A stretch of 64,000 nt of DNA from Candidatus Limnocylindrales bacterium (GCA_036555445.1 DATBLH010000069.1:1339-65338); one strand, 5' to 3'. Counted from the first letter of the stretch, positions 9,199 to 19,018 are shown. A program made the numbers and translations. Notes: generated by a model from the sequence alone, not told the origin.

Positions 9199-9942
9199 GT
9201 GATCGAGCGAGAGGAGTCCTCGAGGCACGCGGCGCGCGCGCGGCTTCGGGAGCTGGTCGCAGCATCGCGGGTGGGTGACCGCCTGCCGAGTGAACGCGCG
9301 TTGAGCGCTCGCTGGGGTGTGGCCCGGATGACGGTCCGGCGTGCCGCGGACACGCTGATCGCCGAGGGTCTCGTCGAGCGCCGGCACGGATCGGGGACGT
9401 ACGTGGTCCCGCCGCCGCTGGTTCGACTGCTGGGCCTGACCTCATTCACCCAGGACATGCGCGAGCGGGGGCTCACCGCGAGCAGTCGACTGCTCGCCTT
9501 CGACGAGGCCCCGGCAGATGGGACGCTGGCCACCCGGCTCAGGATCCCGGTCGGCGAGCGGGTCGTGTCGTTCACGCGCCTTCGTCTCGCCGACGGCGCG
9601 CCGATGGCCGTGGAGACCGTGTGGATCCCCGGGGCGCTCGTTCCGGGTCTGGATCCCGGCGACCTCGGCGGTTCGCTCTACGAGCTGCTCGCCGATCGGC
9701 ATCACCTCGTGCCCGGCTCCGCCACGGTGACGATCGAGCCGATCCTCCCCGATCCGGCGACGAGGGGTCTGCTGGGGATCTCGCCCGACCAGGCCTGTCT
9801 CCGGGTGCGGATGGTCGATGCCGACCCACGGGGTCGAGTGATCATGACCGCCAGCTGCGTGTATCGGGGTGACCGGTACCAGCTGACCGCGGAGATCTCC
9901 GGTGCCGCGTTCGCACCCGCGCAGGCTCGGCGAGCCGGTTGA
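9199..9942 (+). CDS. GntR family transcriptional regulator, HutC/DasR subfamily (wHTH + UTRA)
   Basis: RLPSERALSARWGVARMTVRRAADTLIAEGLVERRHGSGTYV is the GntR wHTH. The C-terminal about 150 aa are UTRA-like. Confidence 0.85.
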   Translation: MIEREESSRHAARARLRELVAASRVGDRLPSERALSARWGVARMTVRRAADTLIAEGLVERRHGSGTYVVPPPLVRLLGLTSFTQDMRERGLTASSRLLAFDEAPADGTLATRLRIPVGERVVSFTRLRLADGAPMAVETVWIPGALVPGLDPGDLGGSLYELLADRHHLVPGSATVTIEPILPDPATRGLLGISPDQACLRVRMVDADPRGRVIMTASCVYRGDRYQLTAEISGAAFAPAQARRAG

Positions 9943-10682
9943 CGCACACCGTGGAGCAATCTCCCGGACGTGTCTACCTGGAGGTCGTCCAGGAGCTCCT
10001 GGGGCGCCTCGGTCGCGATGAGTGGCCAAAGATCGAAGCCGCGGCCGAGATGCTCGCCGACGCCCTCGCCGGTGGTCATGACATTCACGCCTTCGGGACC
10101 GGCCATTCGCACGTCCTGGCCGAGGAGCTGTTCTATCGAGCCGGCGGCCTGGTTCGGATCAGGCCCCTGCTGTTCGAGGGCCTGATGCTCCATGCGAGCG
10201 CCCCGCTGAGCACGTCGCTGGAGCGCCTGCCGGGACTCGCCGAGGCGCTGCTTGCCGACCACCCGATCGCCCCCGGCGACGTCCTCATCGTGGCCTCGAA
10301 CTCGGGCGGCAATGCCGTGACCTCGGAGCTGGCCCGCAGGGTGCGTGCCGGCGGAGCGCGGGTGATCGCCATCACCAGCCTCCAGCACGCGACGTCGGCG
10401 GCCGCGCGCTCCAATGACCAGCCTCGACTCCACGAGTTCGCCGAGGTCGTCATCGACAACGGCGGCTGCGTGGGAGACGCCGCGGTCGAGATTGCAGGCC
10501 TCGATCAGCGGGTGGCACCCACGTCGACCGTCGTCGGAGCCGCGATCGTCAACGCGATCGTCGCCGAGGCGGTGGGCCGCCTGGTGGACCGGGGTGTCGC
10601 GCCCGACGTGTACACGAGCAGCAACCTCGAGGGAGGGGACGCGGCCAACGCGCGGTTCAGCCGGCGAGCGCTGCGGCCATGA
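9939..10682 (+). CDS. SIS domain protein (UPF0309 type sugar-phosphate isomerase-like)
   Basis: 247 aa. HAFGTGHSHVLAEELFYRAGGL and VASNSGGNAV...VIAITS motifs. TTG start overlaps the gntR stop (TTGA). Confidence 0.8.
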   Translation: MTHTVEQSPGRVYLEVVQELLGRLGRDEWPKIEAAAEMLADALAGGHDIHAFGTGHSHVLAEELFYRAGGLVRIRPLLFEGLMLHASAPLSTSLERLPGLAEALLADHPIAPGDVLIVASNSGGNAVTSELARRVRAGGARVIAITSLQHATSAAARSNDQPRLHEFAEVVIDNGGCVGDAAVEIAGLDQRVAPTSTVVGAAIVNAIVAEAVGRLVDRGVAPDVYTSSNLEGGDAANARFSRRALRP

Positions 10683-12043
10683 CCGGCCTCACGCCGTTCC
10701 GGTTCCGGGGGGTCGTCGAAGGGTTCTACGGCCGGCCATGGACGCATGCCCAGCGCCTGGACGCGATCGAGTTCCTGGGCGCCCACGGCATGAACACGTT
10801 CGTCTACGCGCCCAAGGACGATCCGTTCCTGCGTCGGGAGTGGCGCGAGCCCTACACGGGGACCGACCTGGCCCGGATCCGCGAGCTCGTCGGTCGCTCC
10901 GACGCGCTCGGCATCGAGTTCGTGTACTGCCTCTCGCCCGGGCTGTCGATCACCTACGCGAGCGACAACGACGTCCGCGCCCTGACGGCGAAGTTCCGCT
11001 CGGTGGCCGAGCTCGGCGTGCGCCGCTTCGGACTGCTCCTCGACGACATTCCCCAGGACCTCCAGCACGATGCCGACCGTGACCGGTTCGCCGATCTGGC
11101 GGAGGCGCATGTCGCGCTCATCGGTCGCGTGTACGACGACCTGCCGGCGGGTGCCGCGCTCATCGTGTGTCCGACCGTCTACTGGGGCTACGGGGACGAG
11201 GCGTATGTCGCACGCCTGGGTCGGGGTATCGATCCGCGGATCGACCTGTTCTGGACGGGTCGCGCGATCTGCTCGGCGACCCTCGACCTCTTCGATGCCG
11301 CGACCTTCGCCCGCAGCACGGCGCGACTGCCAACCTACTGGGACAACTACCCCGTCAACGACGTCGCGATGAGCCACGAGCTGCACGTCGGGCCGTATCG
11401 CGGGCGCGACCGGCACCTGTACCGGTTCGCGAGCGGCGTGATCGCCAACGGGATGGAGCTGTTCGAGTCATCGAAGATCGCGTTCGCCACGATCGCCGAT
11501 TATCTCCGCTCGCCCGAGGGTTACGAGCCCGAGGCGAGCTGGCAGGCGGCGCTGCGAGAAGTCGCCGGTGAGCCGGACTGGGACGCGTATGCCCTGTTCG
11601 CCGACAACGTCCGCTCGTCGTGCCTGTCGGCCGAGGACGCGCCGCAGGTGACCCGCGCGCTGGAGTCCTTCACCTTCCGCTTTGAGCGGGGCGAGGCATC
11701 GGCTGCGGCCAGGGAGCTGGCAGCCCTGGCGGATCGACTCCTGGCGGCTGCGGACCATCTGCTCCGCGGACCCGTTCACAACACGGCGCTGATCGCCGAG
11801 GGTCGACCGTGGATCGAGGCGTTCGAGATCGGCGCTCGCGCGATGCGCTGCATGGCGGACCTCGCCGCCAGCGGTCGGCTTGCAGCGGACGGCCCGAGCG
11901 AGCTGTTCCCCTATCTCGAGCGTCTCCGCGAGGCTCGTGTCCGGGTGTTCGGGGACGCGCTGACGATGACGCTCACCGATCTCACCAACCCGTCCACCGT
12001 CAACGAGGGATCCCAGGTTCGAGCAGGAGGAGGCAGGTCATGA
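10679..12043 (+). CDS. GH84 beta-N-acetylglucosaminidase (O-GlcNAcase/NagJ-like), no signal peptide
   Basis: FRGVVEGFYGRPW, YAPKDDPF, catalytic Asp pair in LLLDDIPQ, YWDNYPVNDV. The N-terminus MTGLTPFRFRG has no hydrophobic leader. ATGA overlaps at both ends. Confidence 0.85.
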   Translation: MTGLTPFRFRGVVEGFYGRPWTHAQRLDAIEFLGAHGMNTFVYAPKDDPFLRREWREPYTGTDLARIRELVGRSDALGIEFVYCLSPGLSITYASDNDVRALTAKFRSVAELGVRRFGLLLDDIPQDLQHDADRDRFADLAEAHVALIGRVYDDLPAGAALIVCPTVYWGYGDEAYVARLGRGIDPRIDLFWTGRAICSATLDLFDAATFARSTARLPTYWDNYPVNDVAMSHELHVGPYRGRDRHLYRFASGVIANGMELFESSKIAFATIADYLRSPEGYEPEASWQAALREVAGEPDWDAYALFADNVRSSCLSAEDAPQVTRALESFTFRFERGEASAAARELAALADRLLAAADHLLRGPVHNTALIAEGRPWIEAFEIGARAMRCMADLAASGRLAADGPSELFPYLERLREARVRVFGDALTMTLTDLTNPSTVNEGSQVRAGGGRS

Positions 12044-13302
12044 CACGCACACGGAACAGGTTCGCGCTCGCCCTCGGGGCGATGCTGCTGGTCGGCGCAT
12101 GTTCGGGCGCGACGTCCAGCCCCCAGGACAACGTGCTCCGGATCGCGATGGGGTCGCCGGGCGAGGCCCAGATCCGCGTATGGGACGACGTGGCGGCACA
12201 GTACGAGAAGGCCCACACGGGCACCGAGGTCGAGATCAACTACCAGGAGGACGACCTCTACTCCACGATCGGCCTCCAGAATCTGCTCAGCGGCCGCAAC
12301 GCGCCCGACATCTACTTCGAGTGGACGGGCAACCGGCTCGAGCATCGCGTCGCCGAGGGCTACGCGGCCGACATCACCCAGGCCGTGAAGTCCGGCCCGC
12401 TGGCGGGGCTGTTCGAGGACGCCACGTTCTCGCCGATGACGATCGACGGCAAGATCGTCATGGTCCCCTACTCCGCCGACGTCACCAACGTCCTCTGGTT
12501 CAACAAGCAGATCCTCGCCGACGCCGGCGTCAACCCGCCAACCACGTGGGCTGAGCTCCTGGCCGCGTGTGACACGCTCAACGCGGCGGGCGTGATCCCG
12601 ATCGCGTCGGGGAACAAGGACCTGTGGCCGGCCGGTAACTGGATGGCCCACCTGGTGTCGCGAGTCGTGGGTGAGGACCTCTACGCCGACACGCTCGGGG
12701 GAACGAAGAAGTTCGACGTCCCGGAGTGGGAGAAGGCGTTCGGCTACATCAAGGAGCTCGGCGATCACAAGTGCGTCAACGACAGCGCCAACGCGATCGA
12801 CGACACCGAAGGCGCCCAGCTGTTCTTCCAGGGCAAGGCAGCCATGCACGCCATCGGCTCCTGGCTGGTGAGCTGGGCGATCGACGAGGCCCCCGACCTC
12901 GACTTCGACTATGTCAATCTGCCGGCGATCCCCGAAGGCGCGGGCGACCAGGGCAGCGCGATCGGCGTGGCCACGGGCTATGTCGTCAACGCGAAGAGCG
13001 CCAAGTCCGCGCAGGCGGTCGAGTTCCTCGCGCTCCTGAACAACGGCGCCAATGTCGAGAAGCTGATCGCGGCCGAGGTCACTCCGCTGACGAAGTCGGC
13101 CTCCGAGGGAGTGGATGTCGACTCCCGGACGGCTCGACTCAGCGCGATGCTCGAGAGCGCTCCGGCGATCGTCCTGCCTCCGGACACGGGTTACGACCTG
13201 AAGATGGCCGACGCTCTGTACTCGGCGATCGCGGAGGTGCTCGGCGGCCAGACCGCGCCCAAGGACGCGCTGGCCGCAATCGACCAGAAGCTCGGACGCT
13301 GA
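12040..13302 (+). CDS. ABC transporter substrate-binding lipoprotein (carbohydrate, family 1)
   Basis: ATG 12040 after GCAGGAGGAGG. Lipobox in MTRTRNRFALALGAMLLVGAC|SG. 420 aa, typical of sugar SBPs. Confidence 0.85.
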   Translation: MTRTRNRFALALGAMLLVGACSGATSSPQDNVLRIAMGSPGEAQIRVWDDVAAQYEKAHTGTEVEINYQEDDLYSTIGLQNLLSGRNAPDIYFEWTGNRLEHRVAEGYAADITQAVKSGPLAGLFEDATFSPMTIDGKIVMVPYSADVTNVLWFNKQILADAGVNPPTTWAELLAACDTLNAAGVIPIASGNKDLWPAGNWMAHLVSRVVGEDLYADTLGGTKKFDVPEWEKAFGYIKELGDHKCVNDSANAIDDTEGAQLFFQGKAAMHAIGSWLVSWAIDEAPDLDFDYVNLPAIPEGAGDQGSAIGVATGYVVNAKSAKSAQAVEFLALLNNGANVEKLIAAEVTPLTKSASEGVDVDSRTARLSAMLESAPAIVLPPDTGYDLKMADALYSAIAEVLGGQTAPKDALAAIDQKLGR

Positions 13303-13363
13303 CGAACGCGGCCGGTTGGCGCGGGCCCCCGCGGCGACCGGCCCTCCGCCTGGCCGCCCGGCG

Positions 13364-14245
13364 ATGAAGCCGAACCGCGCCGTCACGCCGTACCTGCTGC
13401 TGGGTCCGGCCCTGCTCGTGTTCGGGTTCGCGGTCGTGGTGCCACTGATCGTCACGATCGGCTACAGCCTCACGACGTGGAACGGATTCGGGCCGATGAC
13501 GTTCGTGGGCCTTGAGAACTACGTCGCCGCCGTGCGCGACGCCCTGTTCCGCGATTCGTTCATCCACGTCCTGGGATACATCGCCGCGACCCTCGTCCTC
13601 GAGGTGGCCGTGGGACTGGGACTGGCCGGGCTGGTCAGCGCCCGACGCCGAGCGTCGCTCTGGTTCCGGGTCGCGCTGTTCACCCCGGTGATGCTGCCCA
13701 TGGTCGTCGTCGCGATCCTGTGGTCGTTCGTCTACAACCCCGACTTCGGGCTCGTCAACGCCGCGCTGGCCGGGCTCGGTCTGGAGGGCCTGCAGCGGGT
13801 CTGGCTCGGCGACACGTCGACCGCGTTGCTCGCGGTGAGCCTCGTATCGGGCTGGGTATTCGCCGGGTTCTACATGATGATCTTCTTCGCGGCGTTCCGG
13901 CAGATCCCGTCGGAGATCGTCGAGGCGGCACGGATCGACGGCGCCGGCGAGTGGCAGATCTTCCGCCGCGTGAAGGTGCCGATGATCCGCAACGCCGTTG
14001 CCGTGGCGGCGCTGCTGTGCATCACCGGTGGATTCCAGGGCTTCGACCTGTTCTTCGTGATGACCAACGGCGGACCCTACGGCGCCACCGAGATCCCCAC
14101 CACGTATCTGGTGAAAGTCGTGTTCCGCAACGGTGACGTTGGCTATGGCTCGGCCTTGGCCGTGGTGCTGACGGGGGTCGTGGTCGCGGCGGGGATCCTG
14201 TTCGTGCGTCTCCAGCGTGGCCGGTCGCTCGGGGTGGCCGCGTGA
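13364..14245 (+). CDS. carbohydrate ABC transporter permease (MalF-type)
   Basis: Start at MKPNRAVTPYLLLGPALL (ATG 13364; GTG 13316 is an alternative). Six TM segments and the EAA loop EAARIDGAGEWQIFRRVKVPM. Confidence 0.85.
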   Translation: MKPNRAVTPYLLLGPALLVFGFAVVVPLIVTIGYSLTTWNGFGPMTFVGLENYVAAVRDALFRDSFIHVLGYIAATLVLEVAVGLGLAGLVSARRRASLWFRVALFTPVMLPMVVVAILWSFVYNPDFGLVNAALAGLGLEGLQRVWLGDTSTALLAVSLVSGWVFAGFYMMIFFAAFRQIPSEIVEAARIDGAGEWQIFRRVKVPMIRNAVAVAALLCITGGFQGFDLFFVMTNGGPYGATEIPTTYLVKVVFRNGDVGYGSALAVVLTGVVVAAGILFVRLQRGRSLGVAA

Positions 14246-15081
14246 GCGCCGTGCCCGTGGCGCGTCGCCGGGTGCCCGGCATCCTGACCACGGCCGCGCT
14301 CGTCGCGATCGCGCTCGCCTTCTTCCTGCCCATGGTCTGGATGGTGCTCTCGAGCTTCAAGTCGAACCGGGCGATCTTCTCGGAGCCGTTTGCGCTTCCG
14401 GACTCGATCGACCTGTCGCGCTGGGCACGGGCGTGGGAGGTCGGTCACATCGGGCAGTACGCGATCAACAGCGCCATCGTGACCGCCGCCTCCGTGGTCG
14501 CGATCCTGCTCATGGGTGCTGGCGCCGCGTTCGCGTTCAGCCGCTACCGCTTCCGTGGCCGGTCTGCCCTGATGGGCCTGCTGGCGCTCGGACTGCTCCT
14601 GCCCCTCCAGTCGTACTTCATCGCCCAGTCGCAGCTGTTCACTCGCCTGGAGATCACCGACACCCGCCTGGCGTTGGTCGTGCCGTACACGGCGATGGGG
14701 CTGCCGCTTGCCGTGTATCTGCTCAAGGTCTATCTCGACGCCCTGCCGGAGGAGCTGTTCGACGCGGCGCGGATCGACGGTGCCGGGGACATCCGGATGT
14801 TCTGGACGGTAGCCCTGCCGCTGCTTCGCCCGGGCCTCGCCACGGTCGCGATCTTCTCGGCCCTGGCCGCCTGGAACGAGTTTCTGCTCGCGCTCCTCTA
14901 CATCCAGGACGACGCACTGAAGACGATCCCGACGGGCCTCCTGGCGTTCTCGAACCGCTATGTCACCGACTACGGTCTACTGTTCTCGGCACTCTCGATC
15001 ATCACCCTGCCGATGATCGTGATCTACGTCGTCTTTAACCGCCAGATCGTGGAAGGGATCACGGCGGGAAGCCTGAAGTGA
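14242..15081 (+). CDS. carbohydrate ABC transporter permease (MalG-type)
   Basis: GTGA overlap with the upstream permease. EAA loop DAARIDGAGDIRMFWTVALPLL. Confidence 0.85.
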   Translation: MSAVPVARRRVPGILTTAALVAIALAFFLPMVWMVLSSFKSNRAIFSEPFALPDSIDLSRWARAWEVGHIGQYAINSAIVTAASVVAILLMGAGAAFAFSRYRFRGRSALMGLLALGLLLPLQSYFIAQSQLFTRLEITDTRLALVVPYTAMGLPLAVYLLKVYLDALPEELFDAARIDGAGDIRMFWTVALPLLRPGLATVAIFSALAAWNEFLLALLYIQDDALKTIPTGLLAFSNRYVTDYGLLFSALSIITLPMIVIYVVFNRQIVEGITAGSLK

Positions 15082-15091
15082 CCGCGGATCG

Positions 15092-16012
15092 ATGACCTAT
15101 TCCATCGTCGCGCGCGATCCTGGGACCGGCGAGCTGGGCGTGGCCGTCCAGACCCGCTGGTTCAACGTGGGGAGCGGCGTGCCCTGGGCAGAGCCGGGCG
15201 TCGGTGCCGTGGCGACGCAGTCGTTCACGCTCGAGAGCTATGGCCCTCTCGGCCTGGAGGCGATGCGTGGAGGTGCATCGGCTCCCGACGCGCTGGCCCG
15301 ACTCGTCGCGGCAGACGCTGGCCGAGAGGTCCGCCAGGTCGGCATGGTCGATGCGACCGGCCGATCGACCGCATTCACCGGCGCAGATTGCGTCCAGGCT
15401 GCCGGGCACCGCACCGGCGAGGACTTCTCGGTGCAGGCCAACATGATGGAGCGCGCCAGTGTCTGGCCGGCGATGGCGGCCGCCTTTCGATCGACGGAGG
15501 GCGATCTCGCCGGCCGGCTCCTGGCAACACTCTGGGCAGCCGAGGGTGAAGGCGGCGATGTCCGAGGGCGCCAGTCGGCAGCCCTCCTCGTCGTGCCCGG
15601 GACCGGCGATCCGAGGGCGACCCGGTTCGACCTTCGGGTCGAGGACGACCGTACGCCGCTCGAGGAACTGACGCGCCTGCTCGAGGTAGCCCGAGCCTAC
15701 GAGGCCTTCGATCGAGCCGAGAAGATGGCCACCGAGGGGGACCTCACTGCGGCGGCCGGGTTGATGGACCAGGCACATGCCCTCGCCCCAGACGACGACA
15801 TGATCACGCTCTGGACCTCCGTGTTCATCGCCGGCGTCGGCCGGATCGACGATGCGCGCGAGCTGTTCGCACAGGCAAGCCGTGTCGAACCGCGCAGTGC
15901 GGAGCACCTCAGACGCTTCGTAGCCGCGGGTCAGCTTCCACCGGCCGCCCAGGCGATCATCGAGATGCTCGCGGGCCCCTCGACGACAGGGGTGCGGACC
16001 CCGCGATCGTAG
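15092..16012 (+). CDS. DUF1028 family protein (Ntn-hydrolase-like fold)
   Basis: MTYSIVARDPGTGELGVAVQTRWFNVGSGVPWAEPGVGAVATQS is the characteristic DUF1028 N-terminus. The gene sits 10 nt after the permease stop. Confidence 0.8.
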   Translation: MTYSIVARDPGTGELGVAVQTRWFNVGSGVPWAEPGVGAVATQSFTLESYGPLGLEAMRGGASAPDALARLVAADAGREVRQVGMVDATGRSTAFTGADCVQAAGHRTGEDFSVQANMMERASVWPAMAAAFRSTEGDLAGRLLATLWAAEGEGGDVRGRQSAALLVVPGTGDPRATRFDLRVEDDRTPLEELTRLLEVARAYEAFDRAEKMATEGDLTAAAGLMDQAHALAPDDDMITLWTSVFIAGVGRIDDARELFAQASRVEPRSAEHLRRFVAAGQLPPAAQAIIEMLAGPSTTGVRTPRS

Positions 16013-16154
16013 CGGTATACGCCCCCTGGGGCGGCATACGCTCCGCGCCGCAGCGTCCGCTCGCTCATGGACTGACGATGGCTCCCAGGACGTGGAACCC
16101 GCACCGGCAGCGACCGACCGGGTCGATCGCATGCCGTGCGCACGCGAGATCAGG

Positions 16155-16553
16155 TCACTCGGGCCGGGGCGGCGATGCCCAATCGAGGTCGGCCTCGCCC
16201 AACCACTCGGTGCTGAACCGACTCGCACCATGGATCGCCAGCAGCCGAAGCTCACCCGTGCCGCTGTTCACGAACCCGTGCGGCACCTCCGATGGTCCGA
16301 CCACCACATGGCCGGCTCGGACGACGACCTGCTCGTCACCGAGCACGAAGGTCGCCTCGCCTTCCTCGACCACGAATACCTCCGGGTACGGATGGCGATG
16401 GACCCGCGGGCCGACACCGGGTGCCGAGTGGACGAGGATGAGCGAGAACGGCACGTCCCCGATGTCCGCGCCGACGAGCTCGTGCGAGTGCGCGGTGTGG
16501 GGGAGGTCATCGAACGCGATGATCGCCGGCTTGTTGACGATGGGATCGCTCAT
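16155..16553 (-). CDS. cupin domain protein
   Basis: 132 aa. HRHPYPEVFVVEEGEATF...PHGFVN is the two-motif cupin signature. Confidence 0.75.
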   Translation of the reverse strand: MSDPIVNKPAIIAFDDLPHTAHSHELVGADIGDVPFSLILVHSAPGVGPRVHRHPYPEVFVVEEGEATFVLGDEQVVVRAGHVVVGPSEVPHGFVNSGTGELRLLAIHGASRFSTEWLGEADLDWASPPRPE

Positions 16554-16565
16554 CGGCGCAGGATG

Positions 16566-16955
16566 TCAGAAGTCCCGGCGTCCTGCGAAGCCGTCGACCA
16601 CCCCCGGGCGCGTCAGCTCGTAGATCGCGATGCGCTGGCCACCCGGGCCGGTGAACGAGCTGACCGGCCCCTGCGGGATCTCCAGCGAATGCGCCTCGGC
16701 GAAGCCGCGGTCGCTCAGCTCGCGCGTAGCCAACGCGAGGTCCGCGACGCGATACACGAGGACCGGCGCCTCGCCATCGAGGTGTCCGGCCAGAAGGATC
16801 TGTGGCGGTCCCTCGGTCAGTTCCAGCATCGCCACGCGGGTTCCCATCCCCTCGATCGCGAACACCAGTCTTGCGCCCAGGACATCCGTGAACCACCGCA
16901 CGTCGCTGGCGACGTCGCGGCTGGGGACGTACACGTAATCGAGCCGCTCGAACAC
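16566..16955 (-). CDS. VOC family protein
   Basis: 129 aa. MFERLDYVYVPSRDVASDVRWFTDVLGA...GGQRIAIYE. Lies 12 nt upstream of the cupin gene. Confidence 0.7.
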   Translation of the reverse strand: MFERLDYVYVPSRDVASDVRWFTDVLGARLVFAIEGMGTRVAMLELTEGPPQILLAGHLDGEAPVLVYRVADLALATRELSDRGFAEAHSLEIPQGPVSSFTGPGGQRIAIYELTRPGVVDGFAGRRDF

Positions 16956-16996
16956 GGCTCACTACGGTACCGTGCCGGCATGTCTCGGGATCGTCG

Positions 16997-17632
16997 ATGA
17001 CCCGCGTCCTGGCGCTGAGCGGGATTGCGGGCTCGATCGGCTTCCTGGCCGCGGTCCTCGCCGACGGCGCGTTGCGGCCCGACTACGATCCGTATCGCCA
17101 TCAGGTCAGCCTCCTCCTCCTGACCGATCGAGGTCGGATCGAGTCCGTCGTGTTCGTTGCGAGCGGGGTGCTGATCATGGCGTTCGCGACCGTCCTGCGC
17201 CGGGCCCACCTGTCCGGCGCGCGGTCCGTGGGTGGAGCGGCGGCTGTCGCGCTGGCCGGCGTCGGTCTAGTGGTCGCCGGCTTCTTCCCGCCGGATCCCG
17301 GGTTTGGCTATCCGCCCGGCGCCCCGGCGGGCCTTGGCGAGCCGGTGTCGACGACGGCCTACGCGCACCTGCTCGGCGCGATGCTGCTGTTCTTTGGCCT
17401 GGGTCTCGCAAGTCTCGCGTTCGGCCGGCGTCTTGCCCACGCGAGGCAACCGATGTGGGCCGTCTTCTCCACGCTCTCGGGGATCGCCGTGATCCTGTTC
17501 CTCGGTGCCTCGTCCGGAGGTCCCGACGGTCAGTTCCTGCCCGCCCACGTCGGCGTGCTGCAACGGGTGTCGCTCGTGGCCGGTCTCGGCTGGACGGCAG
17601 TCCTGGCGGCCAGGGTCGCGCGCGAAGCCTGA
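16997..17632 (+). CDS. DUF998 family membrane protein
   Basis: 211 aa, about 6 TM segments. N-terminal ...ALSGIAGSIGFLAAVLADGALRPDYDPYRHQVS pattern. Confidence 0.7.
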   Translation: MTRVLALSGIAGSIGFLAAVLADGALRPDYDPYRHQVSLLLLTDRGRIESVVFVASGVLIMAFATVLRRAHLSGARSVGGAAAVALAGVGLVVAGFFPPDPGFGYPPGAPAGLGEPVSTTAYAHLLGAMLLFFGLGLASLAFGRRLAHARQPMWAVFSTLSGIAVILFLGASSGGPDGQFLPAHVGVLQRVSLVAGLGWTAVLAARVAREA

Positions 17633-17735
17633 CCGAGTCGGCACGCCCGGTGGCGACGGCCGGGCGCGCACGGGCTCGGTCTTGTGTCGGCTCAGCCCAT
17701 GTCGGGGCGCTCGACCACGTACAGGCGGTTGCCAG

Positions 17736-18419
17736 TCATGGCGTCACCGACGCCTTCAGGGCATCGAGCCACTCGCGCCAGCTGACCTTCATCCGCTCCG
17801 CTGCCGCCGCATCCGGCAGCTGCTCGTGCGCGACCGAGACCAGGGCCTTGCCCGGACTCTTCGGGCCCACATAGACGACGAGCCTTGACGGCGGATCCGG
17901 CCAGTCGAAGCGGGCAGTATTCGCGGCGGTGGTGGGTCGGCGCCGCAGTCCGGTCCTGGGTAGCCACGTACGCCGGACGCGGTCGTCGGTGAATGCCTCG
18001 AGCAGGCGATCGGGGTCATCGGCGATCGTTCGGGTCACGCTGACGCTGAAGCCATTCGCCATCTGGTGGCGGGCGCGCATGCCCCGTGCCCGCTCGTAGT
18101 TGACGGTGATGTTCTGGGTCCACCAGCCCGGCACGCCGTGGGTCGCGCTGAGCCAGCGCGCGATCTCGGTGTGCGTGTGGCTCGTGCCGCCCCACGCGTC
18201 GAGGAGCCGGAACCACTCCAGGTGACCCTTCCCCGTTGCGCGACGCATCGCCGCCTCGGAGGTCATGAGGTCGGGCGGCAGGGTCTCGGACGGCGTCGCC
18301 GGCGTGGGCTCGGGTTCCGCGACCTTCCGGAGCAGCTGATGCCGGGCGGCCATGTACGACTCCCCGGTCTTGGTCATCCGGGCACGGACGCGCCGCTTGA
18401 AGAGCTTCTGGATGGGCAT
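17736..18419 (-). CDS. DUF4287 domain protein with C-terminal SRPBCC-like region
   Basis: 227 aa. ...HTEIARWLSATHGVPGWWTQNITVNYERARG is the DUF4287 core. Confidence 0.65.
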   Translation of the reverse strand: MPIQKLFKRRVRARMTKTGESYMAARHQLLRKVAEPEPTPATPSETLPPDLMTSEAAMRRATGKGHLEWFRLLDAWGGTSHTHTEIARWLSATHGVPGWWTQNITVNYERARGMRARHQMANGFSVSVTRTIADDPDRLLEAFTDDRVRRTWLPRTGLRRRPTTAANTARFDWPDPPSRLVVYVGPKSPGKALVSVAHEQLPDAAAAERMKVSWREWLDALKASVTP

Positions 18420-18643
18420 CGTCTCGACATCCTTCTCGTTCGGCGACCACGGGACTCACGCTCGCGCGGCCCGCCGGAGAAGGGCGGACGACCGTTCCCG
18501 GGGAAGCGAGTTCCCCTTTGCCCCATCGATGCCGGCGGCGTGAGCGCCGGAGCGGGGTTGGGCGCGGGACGCGCCGTCCTTCGAGTATGACAGCTGTCGG
18601 GGACGAAGCCAAGCCCCGAGCCCGCTCAGGGACCGCGAGGGCG

Positions 18644-19018
18644 TCAGTCCTGGATCACCGACACGATGTTGCCCGATGGATCGCGGAACCACGCCTGCCA
18701 TGGGCCGGGATGGGCAATCCCCTTCTCGTTGGTCGCGATCGGCCCGGATGGATAGTGCTCGAAGGTGACGCCTTTCGCCGTGAGCTCGTCCACGGCCGCC
18801 TCGATGTCGTCCACCGGGAAGTTCAGGATCGTGTGCTGCGCGGGCACGTGACCGGGTTTCCCGTACATGAGCACGGCGTAGCCGTTGGTCGCGTTCACCG
18901 ACGCGAGCATCGGCCCGAGATCGATCACCCGGAGCCCAAGCGTGTGGGCGTAGAACGCCTTGGCCTGGTCAAGATCCTCGACGGCGATGCTCGCATACAG
19001 GGGCGAGTGCGTGAGCAT
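18644..19018 (-). CDS. VOC family protein
   Basis: 124 aa. IAVEDLDQAKAFYAHTLGL...WFRDPSGNIVSV. GGAGG lies 5 nt upstream of the ATG. Confidence 0.75.
   Translation of the reverse strand: MLTHSPLYASIAVEDLDQAKAFYAHTLGLRVIDLGPMLASVNATNGYAVLMYGKPGHVPAQHTILNFPVDDIEAAVDELTAKGVTFEHYPSGPIATNEKGIAHPGPWQAWFRDPSGNIVSVIQD

Noticed and set aside
16964-16973. A 10-bp palindrome ACGGTACCGT in the 41-bp divergent gap between the VOC/cupin pair and the DUF998 gene. Also AACGCGTT at about 7750.
   Set aside because: Both are too short to distinguish from chance in a 64-kb window, and no second copy or adjacent regulator supports them.
17645-17675. GC-rich hairpins between convergent genes (CGCCCGG-N9-CCGGGCG at about 17645-17667, and a similar one at about 16020-16045), considered as terminators.
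   Set aside because: The stems are short (6-7 bp), imperfect at the flanks and lack U-tracts. The only convincing intrinsic terminator in the window is at 55994-56020.
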